This document shows positions 1 to 15,200 of a stretch of DNA of 64,000 bases, piece by piece; position 1 is the stretch's first letter; the number at the start of each line of letters is the position of its first letter. The DNA lies in the NCBI GenBank assembly GCA_964188305.1, contig OZ076885.1, one strand, 5' to 3'. The DNA comes from Podarcis bocagei (taxonomy: Eukaryota). Both the position numbers and the translations under genes were made by a program. Below the pieces are notes generated by a model. The model was not told the origin of the DNA. It saw nothing but the letters and a program-made list of their open reading frames with translations, and did not search any database.

Positions 1-291
1 GCTTTCTGCTTAGTTGTTGCAACTCCATGGTATTGCAACTACATTAATACAGCATTAGCTGGGAACATAGAATCAGGTTGCCTATTTACCTTAAATAATG
101 AAGCATCAAATAGAGACCTAGCTTAAGGGATTTCATTCATTCAGGAATGCTTCTAGAACTTGTTCCAACTACTTAATTCTTACACATCAGTGGGAAAGAA
201 ACAGAACAGTATGGTTATTTGTGTGCAGCCAGCTAGCCATTTATATGTTTAATTGGTTTTGATTTCTTTGCTTATATCTTTTCTCTGCAAG

Positions 292-3200
292 GGTCCTTGA
301 AGATCGTGAAGTTCTGTTGTACTGTGACTTCCATGGACATAGCCGGAAGAATAATATATTCATGTATGGCTGTAACAACAAATATGCACAAGAGCGATTA
401 TTCCATGAACGAATCTTTCCTCTTATGCTAAGCAAGAATATTCCTGACAAGGTGGGGTATAGTTTATAGGAAGATCTTAGTTCATTATGAATTATGTGTT
501 GGAAATTACCTTTTGTTGCAATGTGTTTTCCTATTTCAGTTTCTTCACTCAGTTCTGAGTAAAGCATATCTCCACATTTCCTTATCTCCTGGTTTTTTTA
601 ATGAGAGTGTCTATAAATTACCTTAAAGCTGGCTATTAAATCAGGCCTACTACTCTTCTCATGATAGGAAGATACTTTTATCTTCCTAACAATTTACATT
701 ATAATGCCCAGATTTTTCATCACTTAGCTGAAGTAAACATTCTGGCTTATATTTTTTAGATTCAGTCATTCCACACTTGAAGTGATATGACAGCAGATGA
801 TGCATATTGAATCTAGGTTGTTTTTTCCTGCTTTGAGCTAAAATATAATTTCAAACAAACTCTTCATTTGGTTCCAATATGAGATTAGTAAAACATTGGG
901 TGATATCCAGCTAAGTCATACTCAGAATAGACTCACTAAAATCAATGGGCTTAAGTCCATTGATGTTAGTTTGTCTGTTCAATGACTAGCATTAGATGTC
1001 CAGATTAGTTAATGTATACATATAATGGGCTTGGGTGATGATAATTTAGGAATTCACTGGGAAATAATATATGTTGAATATACAGGAATTTTTTAAATGC
1101 TAAGAACGGTCCTATATAGTAATGTAAATAGAGAAGATGTTCTAGTATTTCAAGAGGTGTCTGCTTGGCCACTGCAGGTTAGATGGCCCCTTGGTTGATC
1201 CACCAGGGCTTGTCTTATGTTCTAAAGAGAGATAAGAAATTAGTTCTAAAAATACAATCTAATTTTACCAATCTGGATGTTTAGTTTTCTTTCAACAGCT
1301 GTAAGTTTCAAGTCCAAAAGTGCAAAGAAGGAACAGGACGGGTTGTGATGTGGCGAATGGGGATAGTGAATAGCTATACTATGGAATCTACATTCAGTGG
1401 GACAACTCTGGGTAAGTGTACATTTTTGTCCAAGACCAAAGTAGACATTATCTGTCAATGAAAAGCTGGTGGTAAACCGCAGTACAGTAGTGGGATGTAG
1501 CAAAGGAGTGACTAACTTTTGGGGGGCCGAGGGTCAACATTCACTTTTGGCCAGCCTTCCAGGGATCACATAGCAGCTGTGAGTGTAGCTGCCCCACATT
1601 ATTGCAACCACAGGACACATACATGCACATGCATGCAGAATACACACAGAGGCACCCAGAGCCTTTCCCCTCAGCTGATCCACTATCACCATCACATCTA
1701 TTTTTCCATTATCATGCTCTGTAATTTCTGGCTTGTCATAACAATGGATAGAAAGGTAGGAAGAAAGAAAAGAAAGAGGTTAAGTTATAACCTCTGTTTC
1801 AATCATCAATGTATTTAATAGTTTTTAAAAGACATTCAGCATATAATTTTTCCATGCTGGATGTTGTGCACTGGAGTGTAATTTGCTAAAGATTGAAGAA
1901 CTACTTGTCTGTTTGTCTTTCTCAGGCAATAATAATAACTCTCATTTTACCTATGAGGATCTCAAATCTCTGGGCTACCATGTCTGTGACACCTTATTGG
2001 ACTTTTGTGACCCTGACCGTTCTAAGGTAAGAGTTTCCTGTTACTGCTAAGCAGGGTCAACGGACAATGATGGACCAGCCAGTGTCTTTAACTATTTATT
2101 GTTTTTCTGAGACCAGCCTCTGATACTGCCTTTTTTACTTTTCATATTTTGAAAAGGTGTCTATCGAAAGCCAGAGATATTTGGATTTGTAATGGAAGCA
2201 TGGTCGGATACAAATTTGAGACATGCATTTAGCAAAGCTCCTAGTTTTCCTCTCGGCTGTTCATATATCTGAGATGTGCTAAAATCTTCAAGTAGTTATT
2301 ATTTATTTCATAAATTTATATACTGCTTGATTGTAAGAAAGCCCCCCGAAAGTGGTTTAAAAAAACCTCGAAATGGTTAACAAATCTATTCTACCCTGAG
2401 TGCTTCAATTCTGCTCAAATGAGATATTTGCTAACTAAAAAACTGCATTATGTAAGTTTTTAATCGGCAGTTCGTCCATGCTTTTTACCCTTTCTCTTAG
2501 TTTCAGCAATGCCTATCTGAACTTAAGGAACTACTGAAGCAAAAAATCCAGAGAAAGCTCTCAGAGCTGGGCCATGTACAAAACATAGATGGTACTTGGA
2601 GTGACATCTCTCTATCAGATGTTGAATCCAGGTAACTCAAGTCTGCAAGCTTTTACTGACTCGAACCTTAGAGAAATGACAAGGAAATAGTGCTGACAAC
2701 AGGTGACGTTCCAGGCTTTATTGACAAATTAAAACCTGACATATCACCCAGTCCAAATGGCATCTACTAAAAAGTTCTTAAAGAACTAAAATGTGAAATT
2801 GCTAATCTTCTTAAAAAACATGTAATTTGTCCCTAAGATCAGTCCCCGTACCCAAGGATCAGATGTAATACCAGTTTTTTTAAAAAGGATCAGAGATGAT
2901 TTGGGATATTACAGGCCAGTTAGCTTACCATCTGTTCCAGTACTGAGAATTGATTCTTACTCTCTGCTTCCTGTTTCTTAACTAATTACTGACTCATAAG
3001 AGGATCTCTCCCTCCTCTTATTCCATGCCTGCTAAGTTTACCCAGGAAACCTTGGTCTAGGATTTTATGAAAAGCTTTTTCAAATTCTAAGTACACAATG
3101 TCAACTGGATCATCTCTATTTCACGTATATTGCACAGGAGGCAGAATAGCAGTTGCTGGAAACCACAGGAGGGAAAAGTGCTCTTGTGCTTGAATCCTGC

Positions 3201-6200
3201 TTGCTTGTTTCCCAGCCACTGTTCAGCCACTGTGAAAACAAGATACTGGACTAGATGAGCCATTGGCCTGATTCTGGGGGTCCTTCTTATGTTCCCATGT
3301 TGCCCTGCATCACACCAACGGTTTCCTTTTCCTTTAATTAGCACAAGTGGCTCAGACAGTTCCCAGTCAGATGGCCCCCCTGCACATTTGCTCAACATGG
3401 ATGAGAAGGTGAGAGTTATTCATTTTTTAGTGAACAAATCTACCTGGAAAAATATAAAAACTTCAATATCCTGGTCCCTTGTAATGGAATGGGGACACTA
3501 ACCTTACTACAGATTGGGTTGCTATTGATGTTAGTGGCTCAGAAAGAGACCATTACAGGAGATGTGCATTCTGTTACTGGAAAGAAAAAATGCACATATT
3601 TCAAAGGATTTAATGAAAAATGGAAAAAATTGATTGATGAGGCTTTTTTATTTTGTTGCTGTATCTGTTTTCTATAGTTTATTTTCCTCATGCTTTTTGT
3701 ACTAATTTATTGTCAATGAAAAGTATGCTAGTGGTATTGTAATCTATGCAAAGATTTTTTTTTCAATACCAAGCTTGTTTTGATACTAGCAATTGAAATT
3801 CTACATTGTATAGTCACACTGGCTGCCTTTAGAAAACACATTTCAGCAAGTTCTTTTAAACATGCCTTAAAAGGCTAGGCATTTCTGCAAGAGAAGGAGG
3901 TGCTTTCCATTTGTCTTTTTCTGTTTAAAGGACACAATTAATATCCTAGTTCTTCAGTGATATAGCAAGGAGTGCTCAGTCTCTAAATATTTTAAAAATC
4001 TACACACACCCCATAGTTGAGTTGATTTTGTCAGTTGTTTTCTGTGAGATGCCTTTGAGACCTGTTTCCACATAGCAGCTGCTAGAGTAAAACATGCATG
4101 AACTGGAAGGAGAATTGCATTTTCTTGCCAATAATGTAGTGTGGTTTTACTGCTGGGAAAATGCAGCCACAGAACTTATATTTTGAATGAAGATATCTGG
4201 ACTGCCTGCAACAAATAAGTAAAGCAGGCACTTCTGTCTTTCGGAAGATGACAATTTGTACAAGTCCTAAGAAAACTATGCTACTGGTTGCTATTGGAGC
4301 CTGGATAGGTAACTTATTAGGACTATGCTGTGAAAAAGAACAAGAATTATACTGTGGGTGGGACTTAAGAACTGAGCAGAAAAATACAACAAACACTGGG
4401 AGATAAGCTGTATTTTGTATGCTTGTTGACTCAGAAGTAAATACAACTGTGTTCAACAGAACGTACTCAAATGTAAGTGTGCACAAGATTACAGCCCAAA
4501 TGCCACAGAGCAATCTCAATAATTTCTAAATTATTATTTATTTGGAATCTAGGAATACTTTGGACGCTGAAAGAAATAGAAATGGACTTTAAGGCCTGGT
4601 TTGCATGTCACACTAAACCATACCATAGCTTAGCATGAACATGCAGGTGTACAAGCTGTTTGAGGGGAAACCATGGCTACTTTGCTGCTCCCTGGTCATT
4701 CTGCTGCTGTGCTAAGCTACGGTTTGGTTTAGCATGCTGTCTGAACACAGGCTCATGCCTTAGCTCTCTCAAACAATCCATAAGACAATCAGTTGCAGCT
4801 TGTGATTAGCAGACCCTCAAAGTGTCCCTATTTTCCAGGGACGTCCCTGATTTAGAGAAACCACCCTGGGTTATGATTTGATCCCGGAATGTCCCACTTT
4901 TCCTTAGGATGTTCCTATTTTCAGTGGAGAAATGTTGGAGGGTATGGAGTTATCTGATCCCCCAGCCGTCTGAAGGCAATCCTGTATAGGGAAGGTTTTT
5001 TAATGTTTAATGCTTACTATGTTTTTATATATGTTGGAAGCAGCCCAGAGAGGCTGGGGTAACCCAGTAAGATGTGTGAGGTATAAATAGTAAAATTATC
5101 ATTATGGAATGGGATGCCCTTATTTTCACTTGACAAATGTTGGAGGGTATGTGTTAGTCTGGAGAGAACTAAACCACAAGCCTGGATTTGGCAAAATGTT
5201 ATGCTAAGCCATGGCTTAGCTCGGGACTGCAGATCAGCACAATGACTAGGGAGAAGCAAAGTTGCTGAAATCTCCTCTTGGAATCTTTATGCTTGTTTAG
5301 TTTAGCATGCAAACAGAACCATTGTTTGACTGCATTTAGGTGGTAATTGGGAACACTTTCACAATTGTGTTGTTGTTACTTTTTTAATCTCTGAAGGATT
5401 TTAATGAGAAGAAGAAAAAGAAGAAAAAGAAACAACTCAGAACAAGGAAGGAAAGGAATGAGTTGCATCAGAAACTTACTCTGAGTCAAACACCAAAACA
5501 TAAGAAAGATATCCTGGTAAGAGGCCAATTAAAACAGACCAGATAAGTGCCTTTGCTGGAGGAGGACAGCCAGCTAGAAATGTTTCTCAATGGAATGCAG
5601 TTCAACTGTTTGGATATTTCACTAGTTTTCTGTCTAGTGAGTGTTGCTTTTTTATTTTTTTATTCCTGTATTGTTGAAGTGGTCTAGGTTATTCTCATGA
5701 CTGACACTTTTATGGGGCTGAATGAGACACTTGCCTCAAGCCTCAGGCCATGGGTGACTGATCAGTACCTTTTCTCCCCCCTCACAGTCCCCCCCCCATC
5801 CCCACAAGTGATTACTCTTACCTCCCCAGTTTTGCTCACATCATCCTCATTTTTTGTTTATTGTCCTACACAGTAAATTGCTGGTGCGCTGCCTCTATAG
5901 TCTTTTAAGTTTGGTGCCACTCCTCCTACTTCCCTGTTACTGGCCATAGCCAGGCCTCCACTGACTGACTGGTCACTTACCACGTTACTGTCCTGCAGCA
6001 AGCCTGGTCAGTGCTGCTATCTCTTGAGAAATTTAGGTGGGTCACTCGTTGTCTTATGGAAAGGTCTGGCTTTCTTGGGCTGCCAGGTGGCAACAGGGGT
6101 TGCCAGTGCTTGCTGGGTTGGTACTGTCTACTGACACAACTTAGTAGAGCTGCATTGTTAGAAAGACAAGCAGAAGCTTCTCATCTTTCTCAGTCCATCA

Positions 6201-9200
6201 TTGACATGACTGCACTAACTAGCCTGGGCAAGACATGTAGTGGTTTGGGAGGTGCACTTTTTAGAGTGGAAGATTTTTGAGGTCCTACATGCCCCCAAAT
6301 CTGGCTGTTCAGCCAGCTACCTCACTCTGTCAGTTTTTGGCTCTACAGCCAGCTTGCTTCCTGCTTTGAACATTAAGTCTCCACACTCCTTTTCCCATTT
6401 TCTGCTGGCTAGGAGGGAGTGCCAGTGAGAAAAATGTGGAGGTGCTGGCAGCATCCTGCCTCTGTCTGTGCCTTTAGTTTTCCTGCAATTCACTCCTCCA
6501 GGTAGAGTGTGCTAGTTCAACTAAGCAGCAGTAGGGAGAGTGAATGAGCAGGTTTATTGCTGTGTTTTGTGCAATTCCATATCAGCAGTGGAGGGAAGTG
6601 TGTGTTTCCATGCCTATACACATACCTACCCCAGTCTGACCTAGTGGCAGAAGGAGACTGAGAGAGAACGCTTCTTTCTTATTCCTTACACCTCTTTTCT
6701 TTCCTACCTGTACTCCTTCTCTTCTTGAAGCCATTGACCTTGCAACATTGTCCAAATAAGAAAACTTCTGACATGTGAAAGGGAAGAAGGGAAAGAGAGA
6801 GGACGAGTGTGTGCCAGAATCCAGACAATGATGTTTCATAGCTGTGCTATCCCAATAGCAGACTATATATAATCACACACTCAGCCAGTTCCTACAGACC
6901 AGCTTCAATCTTGTTGTGCACCAGAGTAGAGCTTTCATAGATCATAGTCAGCTTCATCAGATGCAGTCTTGAAGGTGCCACAAGACTCCCCCTCTGGAAA
7001 ATTTAGTGTATGAGAGAGCTGCTGTTGTCAATACCATGAAGAACTTTGGCAGTGGTAGACATAAGTCAGTGAGTGTGGGTATGACAATGAATATGCCATG
7101 CTCTATGTCTTTCACATTGTATCTGTCAACAGTGGGGCATGCATAACCCAGCTGTAGAGGGGTACCGCTGAGCCTCTTGGGCTTGCTGATTAGGAGGTCA
7201 GCTGTTTGAATCCTCATCACAGGGTGAGCTCCTGTTGCTCTGTTCCAACCTGGTTTCCGTCATGGTGTTCCATTGCACTAGAAGTAGTTTAGTCATGCTG
7301 GCCACATGACCCGGAAAGCTGTCTGTGGACAAACACCAGCTCCCTCGGCCTGAAAGCGAGATGAGCGCCGCAACCCCATAGTTGCCTTTGACTGGACTTA
7401 ACCGTCCAGGGGTCCTTTATCTTTTTTTGTTAACCTTCTAGTGTTTGTGAGAGAATATGGGGGCAGGACAATAGATAATGTTGGAAATTAAGCAGTGTGT
7501 AGGAGTGATGGCTAATCTCTCTCCGTTTATGAATGAGAGGTGTGTGAGAGCACCCTGAATGTGGCAGAGGCACCATTTACTGCTCTGCCTCAGGTAGCAA
7601 AATATATTGGGCAGGGCCTCAGTATTCTGCAGAAACAATCACTGTTTTGTTATAATTTGTTCGTGACTTCTAAGGCAGCCCACCTATTAGCCACACTGAG
7701 CCCTTTATCTCAGGAGGTGGATTGGGAGTAGAGAATCTACGTGCTCCCTCTGGCCTGGCCACCCACCCACCACCATTTTGCTTGCTGCCACCAGCCTGCC
7801 CAGCTTCCAGCTACTCTCCTGCTGTCTACTGTGCAGCAGCCAGTGGCATCCACTACCTAGCATTTTAGGAACATCATTGCTTTGCCACTGCAGTGCTGAG
7901 TTATTCTGGAAAGTCTTTCCTTAGTGTAAAGCACCTCGGGCAAGGTGACCCCAGAGAGCATCTGTGCCTCCCCCATCTTTCAACAACAAATACTGTTTAA
8001 AGTTCAACTGTATGAAATACAAAAGTTTGTTAATGGCACAGGATTGCTGTGAGGAAGCAGGTAGCCTTGTTAGTGTCTGACACATAATTATTTTTCTTTT
8101 TAAGCGGCCATATGAATGATCTGTACATAAAGGGTACAGTAGGAGACCTTACACCTATTTTTTTTTAAACCCTACAACTATAAATGTGACATTTTTAAAG
8201 GTTACAAAGCAGAGTGGGGATGAAGGTAGTTGTTCCTTGTCATCATTGATGTTATGGGCACTATCCACTATACCCTTGCAGGTTAATCATAGTTCCTTAT
8301 TATCCACCTGTCCAGCACACAGCTGTTAACATTTCTTATATGCTGTGGTCTAATTAACTAGATTGTGATTCCGTAGTAGTGGTAGTAATGATAATAGTAG
8401 CAAGGGTTGCCATATTTCAAAATGATTAGTGGATATACTGCTTTTCTTCAACTGTCAATAAGTGGCTGCCTACTCTTTTCCTAGACAGGAGATAGTTTAG
8501 TTGCACATATAGCAACGCCATCCAATGCATACCCAAAGGTTGCATTCAATGGTATATCTTATAATAACAAAAGTTTATTTAATCCATTGGAGGCTTGCTT
8601 TAGCCAAGTGAGGGGGGATTTTTGTCAATTCCTTCATTACAGTACCCATGCCACCTGCACATAGTGTTTGAAAGGGTCATCCAATCCACTGGAACAGATT
8701 TTGGAGGCATGTCTGCAGGAAGAAGGTGGAATCAGCATAAAATGGTTCTATCCTCATTCCATTGACAGAAGTAGCCACTGAATCAATGAGCTTTCCATCA
8801 GCAGGAGTGACACAGTTGGATATGACCCTAAGATTCTGTCATAATCCCCCCTCCCTACAGAAAAGCATGGGGGATAATTGCATTTTGTAGACTGAAAATC
8901 ACTACAATCTACTTTGGATGTGAAGAGTTCCATATTTAATCCCTGATTATTTTCAGAAAAATAATCTCATAGCAAGGCTGAAAAAAAGATCTGCCTGAGA
9001 CCAGGAAAAGTTGCTGCCAATCAGAGTAAACAGGCCTGACTCAGTTTAAGAAGGTTCATATGTTCAACTAGATACACCAAATAAAATAAATACATAAGTC
9101 AAACAAAAAACAGGAGTATTCTTTCACAAGGTGTTCCATTTATAGTTGTGTCTACACTAGGGTGTCAATATATATATGGGGCACTGTTCCCATGTTTGTG

Positions 9201-12200
9201 TTGTGTGTGCCTTCATTCACACGCTTTCACACTGTTCCTAAGTATGACATGCACTGATACTCCTATCATTTTGGCACCAAGGGAAGATGTATTTGTTTGC
9301 TCAGGCATTTTAATTTTTTGTTTTGTTTTAATGTCTTTCTCTGGTTTGTTGGTTTGTTTGGCTACCTCTGTGCATTTTTTATGAGTTTGTTCATTATTTT
9401 ATTGATATGGTTATTATAGTTTATTTTCTGTTTCAGCCTGTCCTTTTATAAGAATCAGAAGGGCAGGCAGTAAATATTTTAAATTAAGAATATATCATAC
9501 ACAAGTGATAAACTCAATGACATACATTTTCTTAAAATACAATATAGAAAGAACGGAAAACAAGGCAGTGGTGTAGCTAGGGCTTTTGCTGCCCAGGGCA
9601 GTCACTGAGTTTGCTGCCTCTCTCACTGTTCATCATCTGTCAGCCCCACCTCCATCAGCTACAGAGCCTGGCAGCCTGTGGGGCGGTCCCTTATGATCCA
9701 GGGGTGGTGGGTTAAGATGAAGTGCTGACTCCTCCACCATCAGCTTCAGTGCAGCTGACGCCTGACTTCCACTCAAGACCAGCAACAGACCACATTAAGA
9801 GTCCCAGAATGGGGCCCAGTGGAGGCTGAACTGGGCAACCAAAGGATCCATTGGATCCTACACAGGCACACTAAGATTAGAGATCCAATTTGTGTTTCTC
9901 TACTGTTCCAGCTTGGTGCAGCAAAACCTCAAGAAAATAGCCCTTCCCACCATCCACCTTTCACTGCAGGAACCAGAAGGAATTCAAATTGACAGTGGAT
10001 CTCCTGCTCTCATCATCCTTCAGGGCGGGGTTAGCATTGTTCTGTAGGACTGGAGAGATGTAATTTCAGATATTCAATCAGCCACAAATTGACCATCTGA
10101 CCTTGGGCCAGTCACTATTTCTCAGCTTATCCAGTGGTCAATGGTATTTTATTTTCAGTGTAAATGAGACTCTGCTTTTGTAGCTGGTTGTATACAACAG
10201 TGCCCTCTTTATGTATTCACATGGCATAAACATGTAGGTTGTCCTCTAGATCCAAACACACACACTATAAGCAAGCAATACTCCAAAGTGCTTATCTTGT
10301 AACCTTGCCATTTAAATGGTTTAATCCTGATAAAAGATCCTGTTTCCAAAAAGGACAGGAGATGGTAGTCTGATCTCTTCACTACTTTTAATTGATCTCT
10401 GAGACGTTGAGGGGAGGAAAATAATAAGGGGGTTGGCCGGGTTGGCTGGGCTGTGTGCACATTACTGCTTACTCCAGCTTTGCTTGGAGGGAAGCCTTCC
10501 CCCACCCCTTCCTCTCTCCAGGTTTTCTCTCTCACACAGTTGCAAAACCAGACTGGGCAGCAGCCCATCTTCTGCTTCACTGGGAAAGGGGAAGGAGGAT
10601 CTGCAAAGGAAAGGGGAAGCAGAATCGCTACGGGGCACCAGGCACCATCCTGCCAGCAAAGTGCGGCTAGAGTTAGTTGCCAGGTGAGAGGAGGCACAGC
10701 GAGGGAGGATGATGGAAGAAGCACACATCTACCCCACCAGCCAAGCACCGCCTGGGGTGGCCTGCCCCCGGTACCCCTCCCTAAATATGCTACTGAAACA
10801 AGGCAACTAAATGGCACATTATAGGTCAGCAAAAAGAGGCATCTACTTTCTTATTTCCTGAAGATTGTGGGAGGGTGTAATTAGATAGGAAGGCAATCAG
10901 CCTGTTCTGTAGCCAGCTCAGCTTGGCATGCCTGAGATTCATCACATATAAAGAGACAATTTGATCATTAGCATTTGCCAGTGGCACAGGGAGATGGGAC
11001 CAGAGGTGTAAATCAATTTCTTTGGCTTTCTTGTCAGATGGTGGGAAGGGGCAAACCTTCCCTGCAGGTGTAAAAGAGTTAAGTTTTGAGTGGATGTGAC
11101 CTACAAGTAGTTTCTGGATTCAAATAAGTTCCACTGAGGGGGCAAAAAGTGGAGGGTACTAGCTTCTTGCTGCAATAGCATCAATGGCATTAGATAACTA
11201 TGACTTCATTTATTGTATCTCTGCTTGTGAAAGAGGAAGCCAATGAACTTTCACCATTGTGTCACCCTGTCCTGTACTCCAAATCTGTTAGCATTAGTAG
11301 CAGGTTGTGAGGCCCAGACAAAATCATGCTGATGTTCTTCACCAACTGCTGGTTGGTCATCCTGATCTGATTAATGGATGAGTAATCAATGAAATGACTT
11401 TATAAAAAAGATATTGGTGAAAGGACATTTTCATTATTTTGCCTTTTAAGACCATTAGCAAGGATTGTGTTTGAAGAACTCCAATTGTCAAGGCACATTA
11501 TATCAATAGACCACCCATATCTAACTATTTGAATTGATTTAGAATGCATGATGTTCCAGAACTCATGTTTATTATATTGATCAGATGGCAGGCATACATA
11601 TTTGCCGATATGTACAATATTAAATTGATATATGTTCACTTCTGTAACTGCAGAGACTATTCAACCTTCAACCATGTGCGAAGTATCTTGTGCTGAATGG
11701 GACTCTCTTTGTGTGACCGTTTCCTCCTCTGAATTTCTCGACTCTCCTCTGCTTTTCCTGTTTGAGTGGAATAAGGAGTCTCTGTTAAGAGACCTTGGAC
11801 AGCATCCCATTGAATCCTTTCACTGTGATTTCAGAGTGAGCCAATATACCATCTCTCTATTAAATTCCTTTAGGAAAGCTCAATTTCTCCAAGTGTTGAA
11901 AAAAATCATAGCCTTTCCAAGAGATCATGGAGAGACAACAGTTCAGAACAGAAGAACAAGCAAATGAATCAAGTACTCTGTGTGTGTCAGGTTGGTTTGT
12001 GGAATCTAATTTTCTGTTACAATTCACCGTATGCTCAGTGCCTCTCAGATGAAATTTATAAGTGTATTGGTACACTAAAGAACTGCATTACACAATTCAT
12101 CTTGGAGACTGACCCATGATACGAATAATAAAGGAATGTGCTTGAAATAAATATTTGAAAAATACTTTAAGGAAATGTTAGATTGGATATAAACTTGTTC

Positions 12201-15200
12201 CCTTTTGAGTGCATATGTTGTAGGTGGCTGCACAAAACATATTGCCACACTAGGCATAACGTTTTATCTTAATTACTAAAATAACATGTGGGCAGTGGAC
12301 CATTTCAGTGGTTTTTTGGTGACCATACATTCAGAGAGCTATAACAAGAATTTAATATAGGGCTTTGGTTTTCAACCAGTGTGCCATGGCACTCTGGGGT
12401 GACTTGAGGAACGTTCAGGAGAGACAGGGGGGCTGTCCTTTCATTAACTTGTAGCTCATATCTTCCTTCATTATCACTCTCTTTCCTTCTTAGGAACATT
12501 CAGGGGAGCTGGCAGCTTTAACTTGCAGCCCATTATCTTCCCAACATAAAACAACAGCAAAAAAGTGGGAAAACACTTTTGCATGACTGTTTATCTTCTT
12601 AAAATCTCCCCCCCCCCAACAAAAATTCTCCTCTCATCTTCACTAAGTAACAGTTCCTTAGTTTTACACAGAGGGCTTGAGAAATGCAAGAAAATAGCAA
12701 AGTAGCTTGATGGTGTGTGTGCCAAGATGTGTGTGCTCTATAAGAAGGGATTTAAAATAACCTTGAAAATGTCCTCTGTGTTTCCCTCTCCTACCTCCAA
12801 CATCCCTCCCTCCCTCTTCTTCTCTACCTCTCGCCACAGGCACTCCCCTCTTCCTTAACAGTCACCAAACTTTATCAGGACAGGGAGAATGTTGCAGAAA
12901 AGGACAGTGTCAACTTACATAACACTGTCAAACCGATAGTTACGTAAATTCAACTAACAAATATACCCACAACGTAACTAGCTGTGTTTAACTATATAAT
13001 TTCCTTATACATCATATAAACATACCGTAACTCTTTTCACATTATCTAATTGAGTAGAAGAAATTAAGGACCAACATTTAGAACAGGAAATACAAATAGA
13101 TCAGTTCTTATATATGTAATGTCCAAATAAAAGCTTTTGTGTTCCACGTATGTACAAATGAATCAGTTTTTTTAAACATAATTTCCAAATAAAAGCTTTT
13201 TGTGTTCCACGTATGTCTTAGCGAATACAAGTGTCAAACATAATAAGTTTAAGGAACAGGCTTGCAAAAGATGAACTTTTTTTGTAATGTTCCACCTCTG
13301 CCTTTGCAAAGTATGGTTGTTGTATGCAGCTGATGTTTCCAGGTATCAGACGAAGGATATGAAAGATCTTAACACGTGCCTTTGCAAAATATAGTTGTTG
13401 TATGCCGGTGTCAGACGAAAGAACTTAAAACGTGACAAGGATTCCCGGAATAATAACAAAATATTTCTCCTTCTGATGTTAATCTTGTTTCACCCTCCCT
13501 CCCCGCATTTGCACACTAATTTAGGAAAAGGCATGCTGGGGATGCCTTGCGGGATGAATTAGCTTGGCCCTGCAGCGCAGTGGCATTGCTTGGGTTCCCA
13601 TCGACACATGCGTTCCTACTTATATGTCCCCCAAAAATGGCACCGAAAAGGGGCATGGCGGAATGGGGTGGGGGCGGAACGGGGAAACCCCCACTTATGC
13701 ATGTCCTTTAATGGAACCCCAGTGTAAGCGACTTACACAGGGGAGCAGCAAAAAGAACATGGTTGGTCAAGGGAGCTGTGGACTCAGGTTAAAAACCACT
13801 GATACAGGGTATCACAAAAATGACTGACATCACAGCATATAAGAAACTACAAAGAGAGATGCTTGAACCAAGAGCTCTTTTAATATTGCCAAGAAAATTT
13901 AACAAGATTAGAGGGCTGAAAAATGCTTTGGAAAAATCCTACAGTACACTTTGGACCCACCAAAGAGAGATGAGAAGATATAAAAATAACCAAACTTAAC
14001 TGTCAACGGTACTAGAAACCTTAGCACCTAATATAGTCAGTGGGCATTTACTGGAAAATATGTGTGGAGGGAAATAATGAGGTAGGAACACTTACAAAGG
14101 AAGTCCCTTGGGTTTGAGTGCATACTTCTAATATGAAAACACTGAGAAAAGGATAAAGAAGGGATCACTGCTTCCCAACATGCAGCAAAACAGGCCAATG
14201 TGTGATCTTCACATGATAGATGTCCACAAGTGTACTATACTCTTTCCTATACTTATGCAAACCAATGTAAGAAAAATTCTGCCTATGAGGTACATCTAAA
14301 ATAAAGTGGTGTTGGAGGCTTTGAGGTAAGTATCAGTCCATACTGAAAGGTAGCCTTTTCAGCATTGCTTAGCTTAGTTTTTGAATTGAATAAAACAAAT
14401 ACGTGATCAAAAGCAGAAAACAGACCCTTGCAAAAGGACAAAGGCAATCTTCCTGGTTGACTGAAGAGAAGAAAGTCTGTTTATCAACGGGAAAGGTAAA
14501 ATAGGGTATGGAAATGTTTTGGTGAGCAACACCTGGACACACATGGGCAATGAATGTGCCTATGTGGTGAAAAAAAAAGACATAGGGTGCACTTTAATAC
14601 TCATTATGAGGCATATATAAAAATAAGAAAGTCAGATACTGATTTATTCTCTACATTTCTTTTATACAGAACCGAAATCTAGAAAATTCACTCTCTACAT
14701 TTGTGCAAGAAGAAAATGTAGATAAGAAGTATCAAGGTGAGGAATCTATCCTTACACACATTGCAGAAAATGGCTTTATTTGGGGGGGGGTAATACATGT
14801 CTGTGTTATGGTGAAAAGAAAGTTGTGGCAGACAGGAGCCACTACCATGCCACCATGATTAACTATTATTGCTTTATAAATATACAAACATGATGGGGAC
14901 AGAAGGCAAAAGTTTACTCCTTTTCCCTAATTTCCAAATTGTACCTGTGGTTAGGCCCATGTAAATCAAGTGATAAATTTCTCTGGATTACATTATAATC
15001 AAAGCCTAGTCCAGTTCTCATCTAAGGGAAACTAAGTGTCCACTGCCCTTTTTTACAGTGGTGTACATGAGCACATATATGGATATGCACCTGCTTTTTC
15101 ATGTACAGTGGTACCTCTGGTTATGTACTTAATTCGTTCCAGAGGTCCGTTCTTAACCTGAAATTGTTCTTAACCTGAGGTACCACTTTAGCTAACGGGG

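Noticed and set aside
241-567. 108-aa minus-strand ORF
   Set aside because: Antisense shadow of the AGBL2 exon at 292-451.
10209-10832. 207-aa minus-strand ORF and overlapping ORFs
   Set aside because: No recognisable domain; overlaps a GC-richer segment that looks like a decayed non-autonomous repeat.
14423-14495. Additional AGBL2 exon ([24 protein letters not shown])
   Set aside because: In phase with a GT donor, but the acceptor lacks a polypyrimidine tract; cannot be supported without RNA data.
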